The position numbers and the translations under genes were made by a program. A stretch of 63,745 nucleotides of DNA, the filler included, from Welwitschia mirabilis (taxonomy: Eukaryota), in NCBI GenBank assembly GCA_051453625.1. It is 5 parts of one record of this genome, joined end to end, with 100 filler letters (N's around TTAATTAATTAA, not from the genome) between each part and the next. Parts side by side here need not be neighbours in the genome. Positions count along the whole stretch, not along the records: positions 40,342 to 61,678 come from JBOZIK010000001.1; positions 61,779 to 63,745 come from JBOZIK010000001.1; 3 more parts are not named here. One strand, written 5' to 3'. Below the pieces are notes generated by a model that worked only from the letters and a program-made list of their open reading frames with translations, made no database searches and was not told the origin of the DNA. This document shows, one piece after another, positions 52,601-63,745 of the stretch; position 1 is the first letter of the stretch, and each line of letters starts with the position of its first letter.

Positions 52601-54775
52601 TTTATATAACTTTTCCTGTCTTTCTAGAATATCGTTTAATGAGTGTTGTTCCACATCTATCATCCCCATGATAGACAGAATGATAATAATCCTTTTAGCT
52701 CTATTACAAACTGGGACATCTTGATTCACTTGTGGATGGGGTTAGAACATCTTTTTAAGCTACTTCTGAGATATTCAACAAAAATTTTAATTTTAAAGGA
52801 TTATTTTTGAGCTTTTACGATACATATTTATAATGAAATTATTTGTATATGATGTTATATTACTTAAATAATTTTTGATGGACATTATCTAGCAATATCA
52901 CAGTAATATAATCACAAAATTTTCCTGCAACTATGATTCAGAACATCTAAAACATCATGAATAAGGGAAGTAATGTTATGATTATTTCTTGTACTCCACC
53001 CCTTTTATAATATATTTAAAACTCATTATGGATTTGTATACGTCATTTTGAGTTATTACTACTTAGTTTATACACATCAATTTTAGTATCACTACCTCAG
53101 ATTATGCATACACATCATCATTTTCTGAAGCTATCATTATTACATCTTATAATGATTTTTCTTTATTTATTACATTCATTTGTTATATTGTGATGTGTTA
53201 AACATTTTAAGTAGGGGGCTAATGAAGATTTCAGTATTTGTATTTTTCTAATAATCATGTTGTAGGCATCTGACTTTCATTCTTATTTTAGAAGTGTTAT
53301 CATCCCCATTGTTATCCATACAACAATAAGAATGACATATTTATTATACATCCTAATCAGGTATTATGCTAGTTAATTGGTTTTTGATGTTTATTCCTGC
53401 ATGGTAAAAATTCTTGAACTCAATTTATATTTTTCCTAGTTACTAGTTATGTAGTCAAATTAGCTCATAATATGTTAATCACTTACTTTGTCAGGAACTA
53501 ACAAAGCTAAGTAGGAGGCTATGTTGTGATGCCAAGTTATAGAATTTTAATGGGGTATTTTGAGTACCTTTGCAGGACATTTATACAGGATTAGATGTAA
53601 TTCTAATGATTATAAAGAATTTATGAAATGATCACTGAAACATGTAATTCTTAACATATTCGAAGACATCTTAGGCTTATTCTGATACTTCGTGCCTTGA
53701 AGGAAATATTAATAATGCAAAAGACTAATTTCCCTTAAGCTGGAAAGATAAAGAGACCTATTGTCCCTTCTATCATCCCCATGATAGTTAAGGTGACAAT
53801 ACTACTGACATGGGCTAAAGCTACAGGTTGACTGCAGGGCTTGAAGCTGATGGATTACTTCTTGTTTCGAAGTATCATCCCCAGTGTTATCCCCACAATA
53901 ATCAGGACGACAACCGCTTTATATGGATAGAAAGAATTATCTTTGTAATGGGGTCATGTATCCCATATGGGTTGTTAGGATTTATTCTCCAACTTTTAGG
54001 GTTTTGCTTCTAGAACTTCAACGTAACACTATACATACCCATTTTACCTTCATTTCCATTTTCATCTTTTGTAGAAGATATTCTTGTGATGGAAGATTAA
54101 AGGATAAGAGATCCATCCATTAGCTATAGGGAGAAGATTTCCCTGATGTTGGGCTGAGTATCCTTCATTAAGGTGCTACTACTTTATTATAAGTTGATGT
54201 TAAATTGATGATTAATACAAGAACTCTTTTCACTTATATTGTGTAAATCTCCCTTATGCTTTAAGTTGATTATGATTTAGTGATAGCTTCATAGTTTATC
54301 TACATCATAAGGACAATCTTTGTTAAGGCTGATATTGTTAGTTTAGATCTTGCATTGCATTTCATTTTGTTCCATTTTTTATATTTGCATTATTCATATT
54401 CTGTTTGGCATATCTAATAGCTCATGTTGATTAGGAACAAGTGATAAACTCTTCCTAATTGATCTAAGTTATAAGGACTAATTCTTGTGACAGAAGTATT
54501 GGAATTCAAATAGACTCATTACACTTGCATTTTATTCATTTGAATTTCATCATCATTCATCTTGCATTCCATTTCCATTGTTCTTTATTTTTATTTACTA
54601 AAGTAAAAAGACCAAAATACTTTATGAAATCAATTATTTAACTTCTAGCCTAGTGCCTTCAATGGATTACGATATTTGAGTTGACTCCTATCTATGCTAG
54701 TATGTGTTTTTCTATAAGTATTTTGATTTATAGGTTTTGCCTAAGGACTTAAAGATTGCATAAATTCATACCACA
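43634..54775 (+). mobile_element. Near full-length, degenerate Athila-like Ty3/gypsy retrotransposon
   Basis: 5' LTR from 43634 into the gap at 44748; 3' LTR ~53522-54775 (roughly 80-85% identical by eye). Gag ~45560-46500; protease ALINIGASVNI (~47255); RT HYPLP, FLDGYSGYN, FMDDF (48320-48733); RNase H ~49240-49500; integrase GIDF, HPQ..NREIKK, LGPYLIEKV (49700-51180); long 3' non-coding region; decayed PPT at ~53510. Confidence 0.92.
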
Positions 54776-55138
54776 ATAAAATGATACTTTTTCTAGAGGA
54801 CTAAAAACTCAAAATTCCTAACTTGAAAAGCTTCTTTTCTTTCTGTTTGTTTACATCTTCATATTTATTACAAGAATACTTCCTCATGTTACAAGTGCTT
54901 CATTAGTAGAGTTCATTATCATTGTATTTTTTACATCCAGTAGCTTTAAAATAATAGTGTTTAATGATGATATATTTTTTAAAGTAGTTATTAATGTAGT
55001 TTAAACTATCTAACATGAATTTAGAATTGATCTTAGAATAACCACAAACCTAAGATCTTATTCAAATGTTATGCTTAAATCGTTAATTTTAACAAATAGA
55101 TTATTTAACTCATCTTCATGACCTTTTACTAGGATTTC

Positions 55139-56513
55139 TGCTGAGGATCGATTTGCACTCAAGAGGGGAGGAGTGAATGAGTTCCACCAAATAAAAATTA
55201 AATTAAACAATGGAATGAAACACATAATAAAAATCCTTATCAAGATAACGTGGTTCCCCAACCTGGGTATGTCCACGCATAGAGGGTAGCTTCTACTCAT
55301 GCCACTGGATATGCTTAACCTGCAAGAAAATAATGGTTTTATGGTTCATCACCAACCTTTGTAATAAATGAGGGTCTCCTTGTAAGGCAACACTTTGTTC
55401 CCCTTAAGGGAATAATGGTTTTCTATTTCACCAATAAGCTTTACCACAAACAAGAGCTCACAAGCACAATAACAATTGCACACCCCTACAAGGATTGCCT
55501 TACAAAGTATTTGATATTTAAGAAATAAACTCTATAATCATATTCAATAATAAGATAGTTCACAATGAATAACCAAAATGTAATACAACAACAAGCCTAA
55601 ATATTTGATTTGATGAAGACTTAAGATCCTTGAAGTTATCATTGTCGTCATAAGTATGAGTGAAGAAAATGACAACAATGAAGATCCAAGTCTAAGAGAA
55701 AACATAATATTAGTTCCTTACCAATGAATCCTTTGATTTCTACATTAGAGGTTTCCTTTACTCATGCTTGCTATGATCTATAAATCCCTTGATTCAATGA
55801 AGTGCCAAAAGTTCTTCTTTAATTCTTGACATCAATGCTTTATAAAGATGAGGAAGATCTAATCGTTTGAGCTTGAAAGGTAGTCATTTAATTCTGTAAC
55901 CACTACACAATAAATAGCTAATATCTATGCTTTGGGTATATAACTCTGGTTTTAATCGATGTGAACTTTGGTTCAAGACGTCTTGAATTTTATAGATGTC
56001 TTCACTTTAGACATTTTCACTTTTGTAGACATCTTGAGTCAACTTGCCTAGATTTTGATGAATTTTACACTGTAGCATCCTTGGGCCTCCGTGATCATAC
56101 ATCCATTGTGTACAAGTTGATAGCTCACCTAAAACAAGAGATATTAGTCAAAAACAAAATTAACTTTATTCCCTATTTTAGTTTAATATAGACGTCTTCA
56201 ATTTTGTAGATGTCTTCATCTGTGTCAGGTCCAAGTTTCAGTTTAGTCATCTTAAATATGATAGTTATCATTTGGTCTATAACTTAAATTCTAATACATT
56301 CAAGACATCTTCACTTGAGATGTTCTCAATTTCCCAGACCTCTTCAAATAATTGATTTGATAGTTTAGCATTTAATCCTTTTTGTGAGATGTTTCTTCTG
56401 AAGATCCATCATGATTCAATGTCTATCAAGATCTGATGTTCTTGTAATGACCTGTCTACATAATGACACAAAATATTTGATAAGTAGAATCATCAAAACT
56501 AGATCTTCCAACA
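55139..56513 (-). repeat. Solo Sirevirus-type LTR (~1.37 kb)
   Basis: Inverted ends TGCTGAGGATC..GATCTTCCAACA. AGAGGGGAGGAGTGAAT terminal motif at ~55162 and CATCAAAAC near the other end. Flanks ATTTC/CCTTC (possible decayed TSD). Internal AGAC(G/A)TCTT repeats. Confidence 0.7.
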
Positions 56514-57899
56514 CCTTCTTTCATCTTTATTTTAAAAACCCTATTACAAGTGTAAACCAATTGGATAGTCATACCTTTTCTTAAAACTTTTCCAAAGAAT
56601 TTTAGCATTATGATCCTTCTGTAAACATTTATAATCTACTTTGTAATACAAGAATTCATTATTTCAAATGAGTTATTCTATTGTACATTTGGGTACATCT
56701 TCAGTAAATCATCATCTAGCAATCCAACAACCACATTTTCTTCATTTTTTGATTATAGAACATTGTTGCAATATTTAAAGTGGGAAAGATCTTCCATTAT
56801 AGATTTTTAGGTGCCCTAGTTCCCTACTCTAACTAATATCTTCATCATTTGCAAGTGTCCCATCTCTTCTTGAGACTTGGATAAATGAAAAATTAATTAT
56901 TATGAAACACAAAAATGAATCTAGGTGCCCTAGTATTACTTTTATGAAAACAAGTGAAGAAACAAAAAGAAAAACAAATAAGAACCTAACCAATTTAAAG
57001 AAATTTGGGCATATTTCACTTTACTTCCTAGAACTAGCATATAACTATGTTAGATCAAGTGGAAAACTAATAGTGACAAAGAAGATTAGTCATTTCTCTA
57101 GCTTAAGCCGCAATCATAAGTGAAATTACAAATAAATTAACCACAATGACATCCTCATGGCGAACCCTTTTCTTTCTTTGATATCCTTATGATTTGATAC
57201 AAATCCTCTAATAAATATTGACCTCATACACTCATTTTTTGGATTTTTGGCTTTATTTTTAACTCTACAACATAGGATACTTTTAACATAAGATGTTAAG
57301 GTTTANNNNNNNNNNNNNNNNNNNNNNNNNNNNNNNNNNNNNNNNNNNNNNNNNNNNNNNNNNNNNNNNNNNNNNNNNNNNNNNNNNNNNNNNNNNNNNN
57401 NNNNNTTCATAATAGCTAATCGTCTTAGTTAATTTTATGTTTATTAACTTTTTAACCATTTTCACTTTATTGATCCATTACAAGTTTCCTTTTACAACAT
57501 GTAGAGTAACTAAGAATTATTTTAGAATTCTTTGTTATGTTCCTAGTGATATTTTATGTTCTTTGTGTTTTTAAGGAGTTATTAGAGAAAATTATTTGTA
57601 TTAGAAGATTTATTAAATGTAAATTAATTTATTTAAAAAAAAGAGGTTCTTGTCATCTTCTTCTTTACCATCATTAGTAAAAAGATGAAATTTAAGTTTT
57701 ACTCCATTATAGGACTTNNNNNNNNNNNNNNNNNNNNNNNNNNNNNNNNNNNNNNNNNNNNNNNNNNNNNNNNNNNNNNNNNNNNNNNNNNNNNNNNNNN
57801 NNNNNNNNNNNNNNNNNCTGTTTTTAATTATCAGGTTCTAATCTGATGACATTAAGATAAAATGATTTATCTTTCAAGATTATATGAAAAGCAAAAAAT

Positions 57900-58900
57900 T
57901 TTAAATTAATAACCATTGATTTCATCAATCAAAAATAAAAGTGGGAATAGAAATTGATTCCTTTTAACTTTTAGCACTCAAAAGCACTTTACAATTTTCT
58001 ATATCAAGTATGCCCATCAATTATAAATCATTTTATAAATACAAATTTTATCATGAAGAGTTATAAATAGAATGGAATTCTAAAGGCTTTCTTTATTTCA
58101 ACTATTAATGGGGTACATATTTACATTTAATTTAATTCAATTCATGAAGTTCCCATCCTATATGAAAGGAATCATATATGAATCTTCAAACACTTATGAA
58201 TTTAAAATATTTCTTTAATCTCCATATAATCTTAATAAGATAAGTTCTACTTTGTAACTATGCTCTTCATTACAATGAAATTCATTGACATACATATCTA
58301 GCTCTTTTTAACAAGAGGACATAATGATTTTTTCATAATGATTATTGCGTAAGTTAAAATATAAAAGAAAGTCCTTTTGTTGAGTTTCTTCCATAATGTT
58401 AAGTTTATTTTTTGTGACATGATTGAGTGAGTTTTCATTTACTCTGTTTACAAGCATAATACTCATTCTTTTTGCTTTGTAATTTTTTAAACCTTATGTC
58501 TTCTTGTTAGTGTATTACATATTCTAAATCCTGGACATCAAACTCCATATTTAGTTTGAAGTTAAAGGTCTTAATGGAATTATCTCTATACAAGAGTTCT
58601 TGGAACATTTATATAAATTACTTGCTTATGGGTAACTTTACAAATGAAATCTCTTATGCATATACATATCCTTTGTTTAACAGATCATAAGATCTTTATT
58701 TAGATAATAAAAATTTTTAGTTTGAATTTCATTCTCTACACATTAAATTAGGGAAGAAATGGTAAAAGAGTTTCTATATTACCATTAAAAAAGACAATTT
58801 ATAAACCATAATTTCCTAAATGATTTATTTAAATTATGCGAATCACTCTCATAGATTGAAACCTATAACTTTCTAAATGGAGGATGACAGTTTGTTTTTC
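57900..58900 (-). mobile_element. Possible Mutator/MULE transposase remnant
   Basis: Weak minus-strand motifs CTPLIV, ILDIEN and RFIY..SFHIGW recall MULE (CRP.I.VDG, V..EN..SW). Heavily decayed. Confidence 0.3.
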
Positions 58901-59159
58901 GAAAGTTACTGTTTGAGATTTTCACTAAATAAGATATTAAAGTAATTTCCTAACTTGTTAAAAAAGTTTTCTTTCACCAAAAATGTTAAAATTACTCCCA
59001 ACCTTGATAAAATAATGAGATGGATTTTCAATAGAAAAAAAAAATTTGTGTGATGGTAAGTTTACTCACTAAAACATTGAGACGATGGTGAAACACTGAT
59101 TTAACGTGCTAAAATCAGTCCCTAGGTTGGTAGAATAGGGAGAGAGTAATTTCACCCCT

Positions 59160-59615
59160 TGGAAGTGAGACAATGCTGAATCGTCGGCTTAACTTGTTTA
59201 CAGAGAGGATCTTGAAACGCTGACGTCACCAGAGAAAAGAGTAAGAGAACGGTTGCGTGCATTCTTACGATCCACGCATTCTACGTTATAAAATATTTAA
59301 TTCTTTTAAGGCACGAGCTCTGACTCTGAATTATCTAAATACCATAAAGTGCATATAAAAGACCCTTTTGGCTCTATCTCCCAAAATTCTTTAATAATAT
59401 AAAGTACATAGAAAAGTCCCTTGCTGGGACCATCTCCTAAATTATTGGTCGGAGTAGAAATACCTCAACAACCCCTCTCCATTCAAAGTCAGGCACAGGA
59501 GCACGTGATTCAGAAGGGCTAACTAACCGTTCTGTTATCAAGAACCCAAATAAAATCACTGAACTAAGCAATCCAAGCAGAGGAGCACCGGTATAACGGT
59601 GACGTGTTCCGTTAT
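59160..59615. promoter_or_regulatory. CpG-retaining segment with clustered bZIP/bHLH motifs, putative distal regulatory region
   Basis: TGACGTCA (59221-59228), CACGTG (59502-59507) and TGACGTGT (59600-59607). Many intact CpGs, in contrast to the CpG-depleted surroundings. Confidence 0.4.
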
Positions 59616-59630
59616 TAAAGTTTGCAGATA

Positions 59631-60148
59631 TGGTAAGGGCCTCGTCTAAGCCCTTGTCTATTTCCTATTAATGAGAGGTGGGCTCCTTAAGTTTATAGTC
59701 TTTGTTAAAGTAGCATTACCATGGACAATGGCACATCATGGCTCTTGCAATACCATACATTATTATGCCCAAAAATTATATCCTTTCACATTAAAATCAA
59801 ATCCTTTTCACATTTCACTCCAATGGCACCGTTTCTTCATTGGGAACTCTATGCATTCCATGTTTACGAACACATTAGAAACATCTTCACTGGAAACATT
59901 TCTCTGTTACAAACTCTATTCATTTCGTTTTTACGAGCTTATTAGAAACATGTTGCATTTTCATTAGAAACATTTCTCTCGTTCTTTGAGCTTGAAGCAA
60001 ATAAATCCTCCATTAAACTTTATGAGGTAACCCCACTATTCTCTTTACTCATATTTCTTTCATTAATGTTCTTCTATTAAACTTATACTTTGGCATTGGA
60101 TTGGTAATTTGAGCTAGAGCTCCCCTTGTTTGGTAGAAGCCCTAAACA
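59631..60148 (+). repeat. Solo LTR (~520 bp)
   Basis: Ends TGGTAAGGGC..GCCCTAAACA form an 8/10 inverted repeat. TSD-like AGATA/AGAAA flanks. TATAAA at ~60000. Confidence 0.6.
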
Positions 60149-60689
60149 AGAAATGGTAAATTAAAGGTCTAGCAGTGAAAACTTGACTTTTCACATCTAT
60201 AAAAATGTTCAAAACAAGATAACAACTGTTTTGAAATGCTATTTTGAACTTCCAAGAGCATGGAATTCTCCCAGATTGACTACTATCATTAGAAAATCAA
60301 GACCATATTCTTAATAAATATGTAATGGATAATTACACCTTGAACGAGGTATGTAAATACATAAAACCCTAAGTGTTCCAACAACAATTCATACAAATAC
60401 CAAAATGGAACATCCACTTGGAAGATAGAGCCTTGGAAACAGTTGTTGCCTTCCATGTTCATGTTTTTAAATGTCCTATTCCGCCTCTTTCGTGTGCAAA
60501 GTATGCTGAGCTCTTAAGCATGGAAGGTGATGTCTGAAGACTTTCTAACAACTACAATCTAAAGTTTCAAAATATAGAACATAAAACCAAATAAGATAAC
60601 CTGTTACTAATAAACACAATGATCTATAACTTGGAAATGTAGGTGTCTTTCTTCTTATGATCAGAAACTTGATTTAAACATTTTCCTAA

Positions 60690-61285
60690 TGAAAGCCCTA
60701 AGTTTGTGGAGACGAAATGGAAAGAGAGTTCACAATGAAGAAATGGAGTCATCGGAATATTGGAGATTTGGTTAAATGAAATCTGAAAGGATTTGATTTT
60801 AGAACATATTGTTGGGTATGCAGTCCTCATGCCTAGCCCAACAAGTGGGTAAATATAAAGGTTCCAGTTTTCATCTCATGGCTTTTGGTGTGACGGTAAA
60901 GGGCCCAACAATTGGTATCAAAGCCATGGTTGTTGGTTGGTTTCGGGTTTAAATTTCCTTAGTGGCTTCCCGAATTATGTGAGACTTGGTATTTGAATCA
61001 AAGAGGAAATTATTGGGTATGCGCTCCTCATGCCCAAGTGGTTAGATATAAAGAGTTTCAATTTCCACCAAAATCATGGCTTTTGGTCTGATGGTAATAG
61101 GCCCAATACATGGTAATGCCCATGCATGAGTATTGCGAAAGTGATGATATGCCATTGTCCATGATCATGCCACGTGAGCAAAGCCATGACAAAAATCTCT
61201 TTGATACGAGATTACACAACGCCGTAGATTTGTAGTTGCCTGCTTGGTTGGTGCAAAGTGCAGACACGGAGCTTGGCCTTATTCA
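60690..61285 (-). repeat. Inverted partial copy of the 59631-60148 LTR family, split by a TRIM
   Basis: The reverse complement of 60700-60800 matches 59791-59870 (AAAATCAAATCCTTT..TTTCTTCATTG.GAACTCT). The reverse complement of 61125-61175 matches 59710-59760 (CATGGACAATGGCA.ATCAT). Confidence 0.7.
60810..61108 (+). mobile_element. TRIM (terminal-repeat retrotransposon in miniature), 299 bp
   Basis: Direct repeats 60810-60910 (TGTTGGGTATG..GGGCCCAACA) and 61011-61108 (TATTGGGTATG..GGCCCAATA). Met PBS TGGTATCAAAGCC at 60913-60925. Purine tract AAAGAGGAAA before LTR2. Flanks CATAT/CATGG. Confidence 0.88.
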
Positions 61286-61485
61286 TCAAGTGATCAAATG
61301 TTGTCATCACCGAGACTGCGATCGACGAACTTCGACACGCCAGTCTGTACAACACCTTCGTCGTACATGCCGTTTGCGGGCACCAAGCATCGTAATTGTT
61401 TCTCAAGTCACTTTGTCCAATCGCAGAGGTACAGACCGCCGGGGGGAAGAGAACGAGTGGATGAGACACCTAGGTTGCAGTCGTC

Positions 61486-61490
61486 TATAA
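61486..61490 (+). promoter_or_regulatory. Putative TATA box of the GH1 gene
   Basis: CTATAAGC lies ~45 bp upstream of the ATG in a GC/CpG-rich proximal region. Confidence 0.5.
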
Positions 61491-61534
61491 GCGGTGCGGC
61501 AAACGTTTGGAGTTTGAAGCATAAAAAGGCAGCC

Positions 61535-61678
61535 ATGGCGTCCGGGATGGGCAGTGTTTGTTGGAGTTTACTGGTTCTGGTTTTGTGTTTCTGCGGAGCT
61601 TCTACTGTCGCGATTTCGCCAGAAGGAAAGACGCTTCGCAGAAATGACTTTCCAAAGAAGTTTGTGTTTGGCGCTGGT
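61535..61678 (+). CDS. BGLU: Glycoside hydrolase family 1 beta-glucosidase, first exon (partial, runs into gap)
   Basis: MASGMGSVCWSLLVLVLCFCGASTVAISPEGKTLRRNDFPKKFVFGAG is a signal peptide plus the GH1 N-terminal signature R.DFP..FVFGAG(TSAYQ). The start context is GCCATGG. No stops, and CpGs are retained. Confidence 0.92.
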
Positions 61679-61779
61679 NNNNNNNNNNNNNNNNNNNNNN
61701 NNNNNNNNNNNNNNNNNNNNNNTTAATTAATTAANNNNNNNNNNNNNNNNNNNNNNNNNNNNNNNNNNNNNNNNNNNNT

Positions 61780-63745
61780 ATATCTACTTCATCAAGTGAG
61801 ATAAGTATTACAGGTATAACATCTCTTACCAAAAATATTACTTGTCATTATTGTTGAAAATTTGATCATTTAAAATTTAATTCTCCATATAGAAAAAGTA
61901 TGTATTTTGCAAATGTTAATGCATTATCATTCAAATTTGTTTCCAAACAATTCTCTACCCAAAAGTCAAGAAAGATCATATGAGTAAAAGCTAAAGATTT
62001 AGAATCTTTTTTATCCAAGAAAATTTTAACTTTAGTATTAGGTCATTATTTTGATTAATTGTTGATTACTACAATTTCTTTTAAATCTTCAATTGTTGTA
62101 ATATGATGTTTTTTTTTTGGAATTATCATTGTGATATTTACTCTATTATTGGATTGGCATCTTAATGGTAACTTTTGTGGAACTCTATCTATAAAATTTA
62201 AATATCTTGATGTTTTACTTTGTCTTATCATTTTTCTTTATAGACTTTATGCATTTGAAAATTATCATCTCATTGACATACTTACTTTACTTATAATGCA
62301 AATCAGTTATATATCCNNNNNNNNNNNNNNNNNNNNNNNNNNNNNNNNNNNNNNNNNNNNNNNNNNNNNNNNNNNNNNNNNNNNNNNNNNNNNNNNNNNN
62401 NNNNNNNNNNNNNNNNNNNNNNNNNNNNNNNNNNNNNNNNNNNNNNNNNNNNNNNNNNNNNNNNNNNNNNNNNNNNNNNNNNNNNNNNNNNNNNNNNNNN
62501 NNNNNNNNNNNNNNNNNNNNNNNNNNNNNNNNNNNNNNNNNNNNNNNNNNNNNNNNNNNNNNNNNNNNNNNNNNNNNNNNNNNNNNNNNNNNNNNNNNNN
62601 NNNNNNNNNNNNNNNNNNNNNNNNNNNNNNNNNNNNNNNNNNNNNNNNNNNNNNNNNNNNNNNNNNNNNNNNNNNNNNNNNNNNNNNNNNNNNNNNNNNN
62701 NNNNNNNNNNNNNNNNNNNNNNNNNNNNNNNNNNNNNNNNNNNNNNNNNNNNNNNNNNNNNNNNNNNNNNNNNNNNNNNNNNNNNNNNNNNNNNNNNNNN
62801 NNNNNNNNNNNNNNNNNNNNNNNNNNNNNNNNNNNNNNNNNNNNNNNNNNNNNNNNNNNNNNNNNNNNNNNNNNNNNNNNNNNNNNNNNNNNNNNNNNNN
62901 NNNNTTACATTATCATTTGGTATTATAGTTTGTTCTCAAAATGGTATTGTTTAAATATGTAACGCATAAGTGTTGTGTTGATCATTTATTTTGGTAGAAT
63001 TTTATGCATATTTAAGACTTGTCTCATTTAAAACCATAACTTGTCTATTCAAAATGCCTAAATATGTTTCAAAATTTTGGCTTATCATTATTTATCATTT
63101 GGTATAATCATAGGGAAGAGAAGATGTAGTGCTTTTAATTTTCTCTTGTTATCATAATTTTTGAAGATTTTATGTTATTTAGTCAAAGGAGGATAAAATA
63201 TTACCTATATTACTTTTTTCTTACATATGTATATGTCTTGATGTAAGGGGGAGATTCTTTTATTTTTAATGTGNNNNNNNNNNNNNNNNNNNNNNNNNNN
63301 NNNNNNNNNNNNNNNNNNNNNNNNNNNNNNNNNNNNNNNNNNNNNNNNNNNNNNNNNNNNNNNNNNNNNNNNNNNNNNNNNNNNNNNNNNNNNNNNNNNN
63401 NNNNNNNNNNNNNNNNNNNNNNNNNNNNNNNNNNNNNNNNNNNNNNNNNNNNNNNNNNNNNNNNNNNNNNNNNNNNNNNNNNNNNNNNNNNNNNNAAAGG
63501 GGGAGATTGTTAGGATTTTATTTTTACTAATTGATATCAAAATAATATGATTTTTGTAGAATTAAAAGTGATTTTATAGGTGCAAGAAACTGCCAAATCA
63601 ATATCTAAGAAATAGCAAGATTTGGACATGTTCTGATTAAAGTAACTTGGATTTCTATCCAAAGACTTAATGTAAAAGCCGACCAAACTTGGAAATACAC
63701 ATTTTGGACTATATCATATGGGATCAACTGGATTTTTAAGGGGTT
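61780..63745 (+). mobile_element. Sirevirus derivative: gag C-terminal remnant, multiple PPTs and start of 3' LTR
   Basis: ITCHYC*KFDH knuckle (~61835), and 61900-61950 is homologous to the minus strand of ~39250-39300. PPT-like AAAGGAGGA (63185), AAGGGGGAG (63246) and AAAGGGGGAG (63496-63505). LTR starts TGTTAGGA at 63508, resembling the termini at 41239 and 20533. Confidence 0.75.

Noticed and set aside
53828-54123. Short ORFs within the gypsy 3' LTR
   Set aside because: Not kept open in the 5' LTR copy, so these are chance ORFs.
61244-61534. N-terminal extension of ORF 61244-61726 and overlapping ORFs
   Set aside because: The upstream part overlaps promoter, TATA and TE sequence. The signal peptide and start context point to ATG 61535.

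Overview
AT-rich, CpG-depleted, gap-ridden plant nuclear DNA made almost entirely of old, nested, transition-decayed transposable elements: Athila-like Ty3/gypsy (one near-complete copy, about 43.6-54.8 kb), several Sirevirus/Maximus-type Ty1/copia pieces, a LINE, solo LTRs and a 299-bp TRIM. The only apparently live gene is the 5' end of a signal-peptide GH1 beta-glucosidase (61535 to a gap). The most notable structure is a ~9.6-kb non-autonomous CACTA-like element (24031-33625) with decayed TIRs. It carries co-oriented, splice-site-flanked fragments of at least three unrelated host genes (Lifeguard/BI1-like, NAA15, SURNod19) plus unidentified exons, which makes it a Pack-CACTA candidate. A second end of the same CACTA family (5.4-5.6 kb) lies downstream of an intronless, internally deleted APH1 (gamma-secretase) pseudogene. 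All protein identifications come from manual translation and recalled family motifs, not database searches. No prokaryotic-type system (CRISPR etc.) is present.
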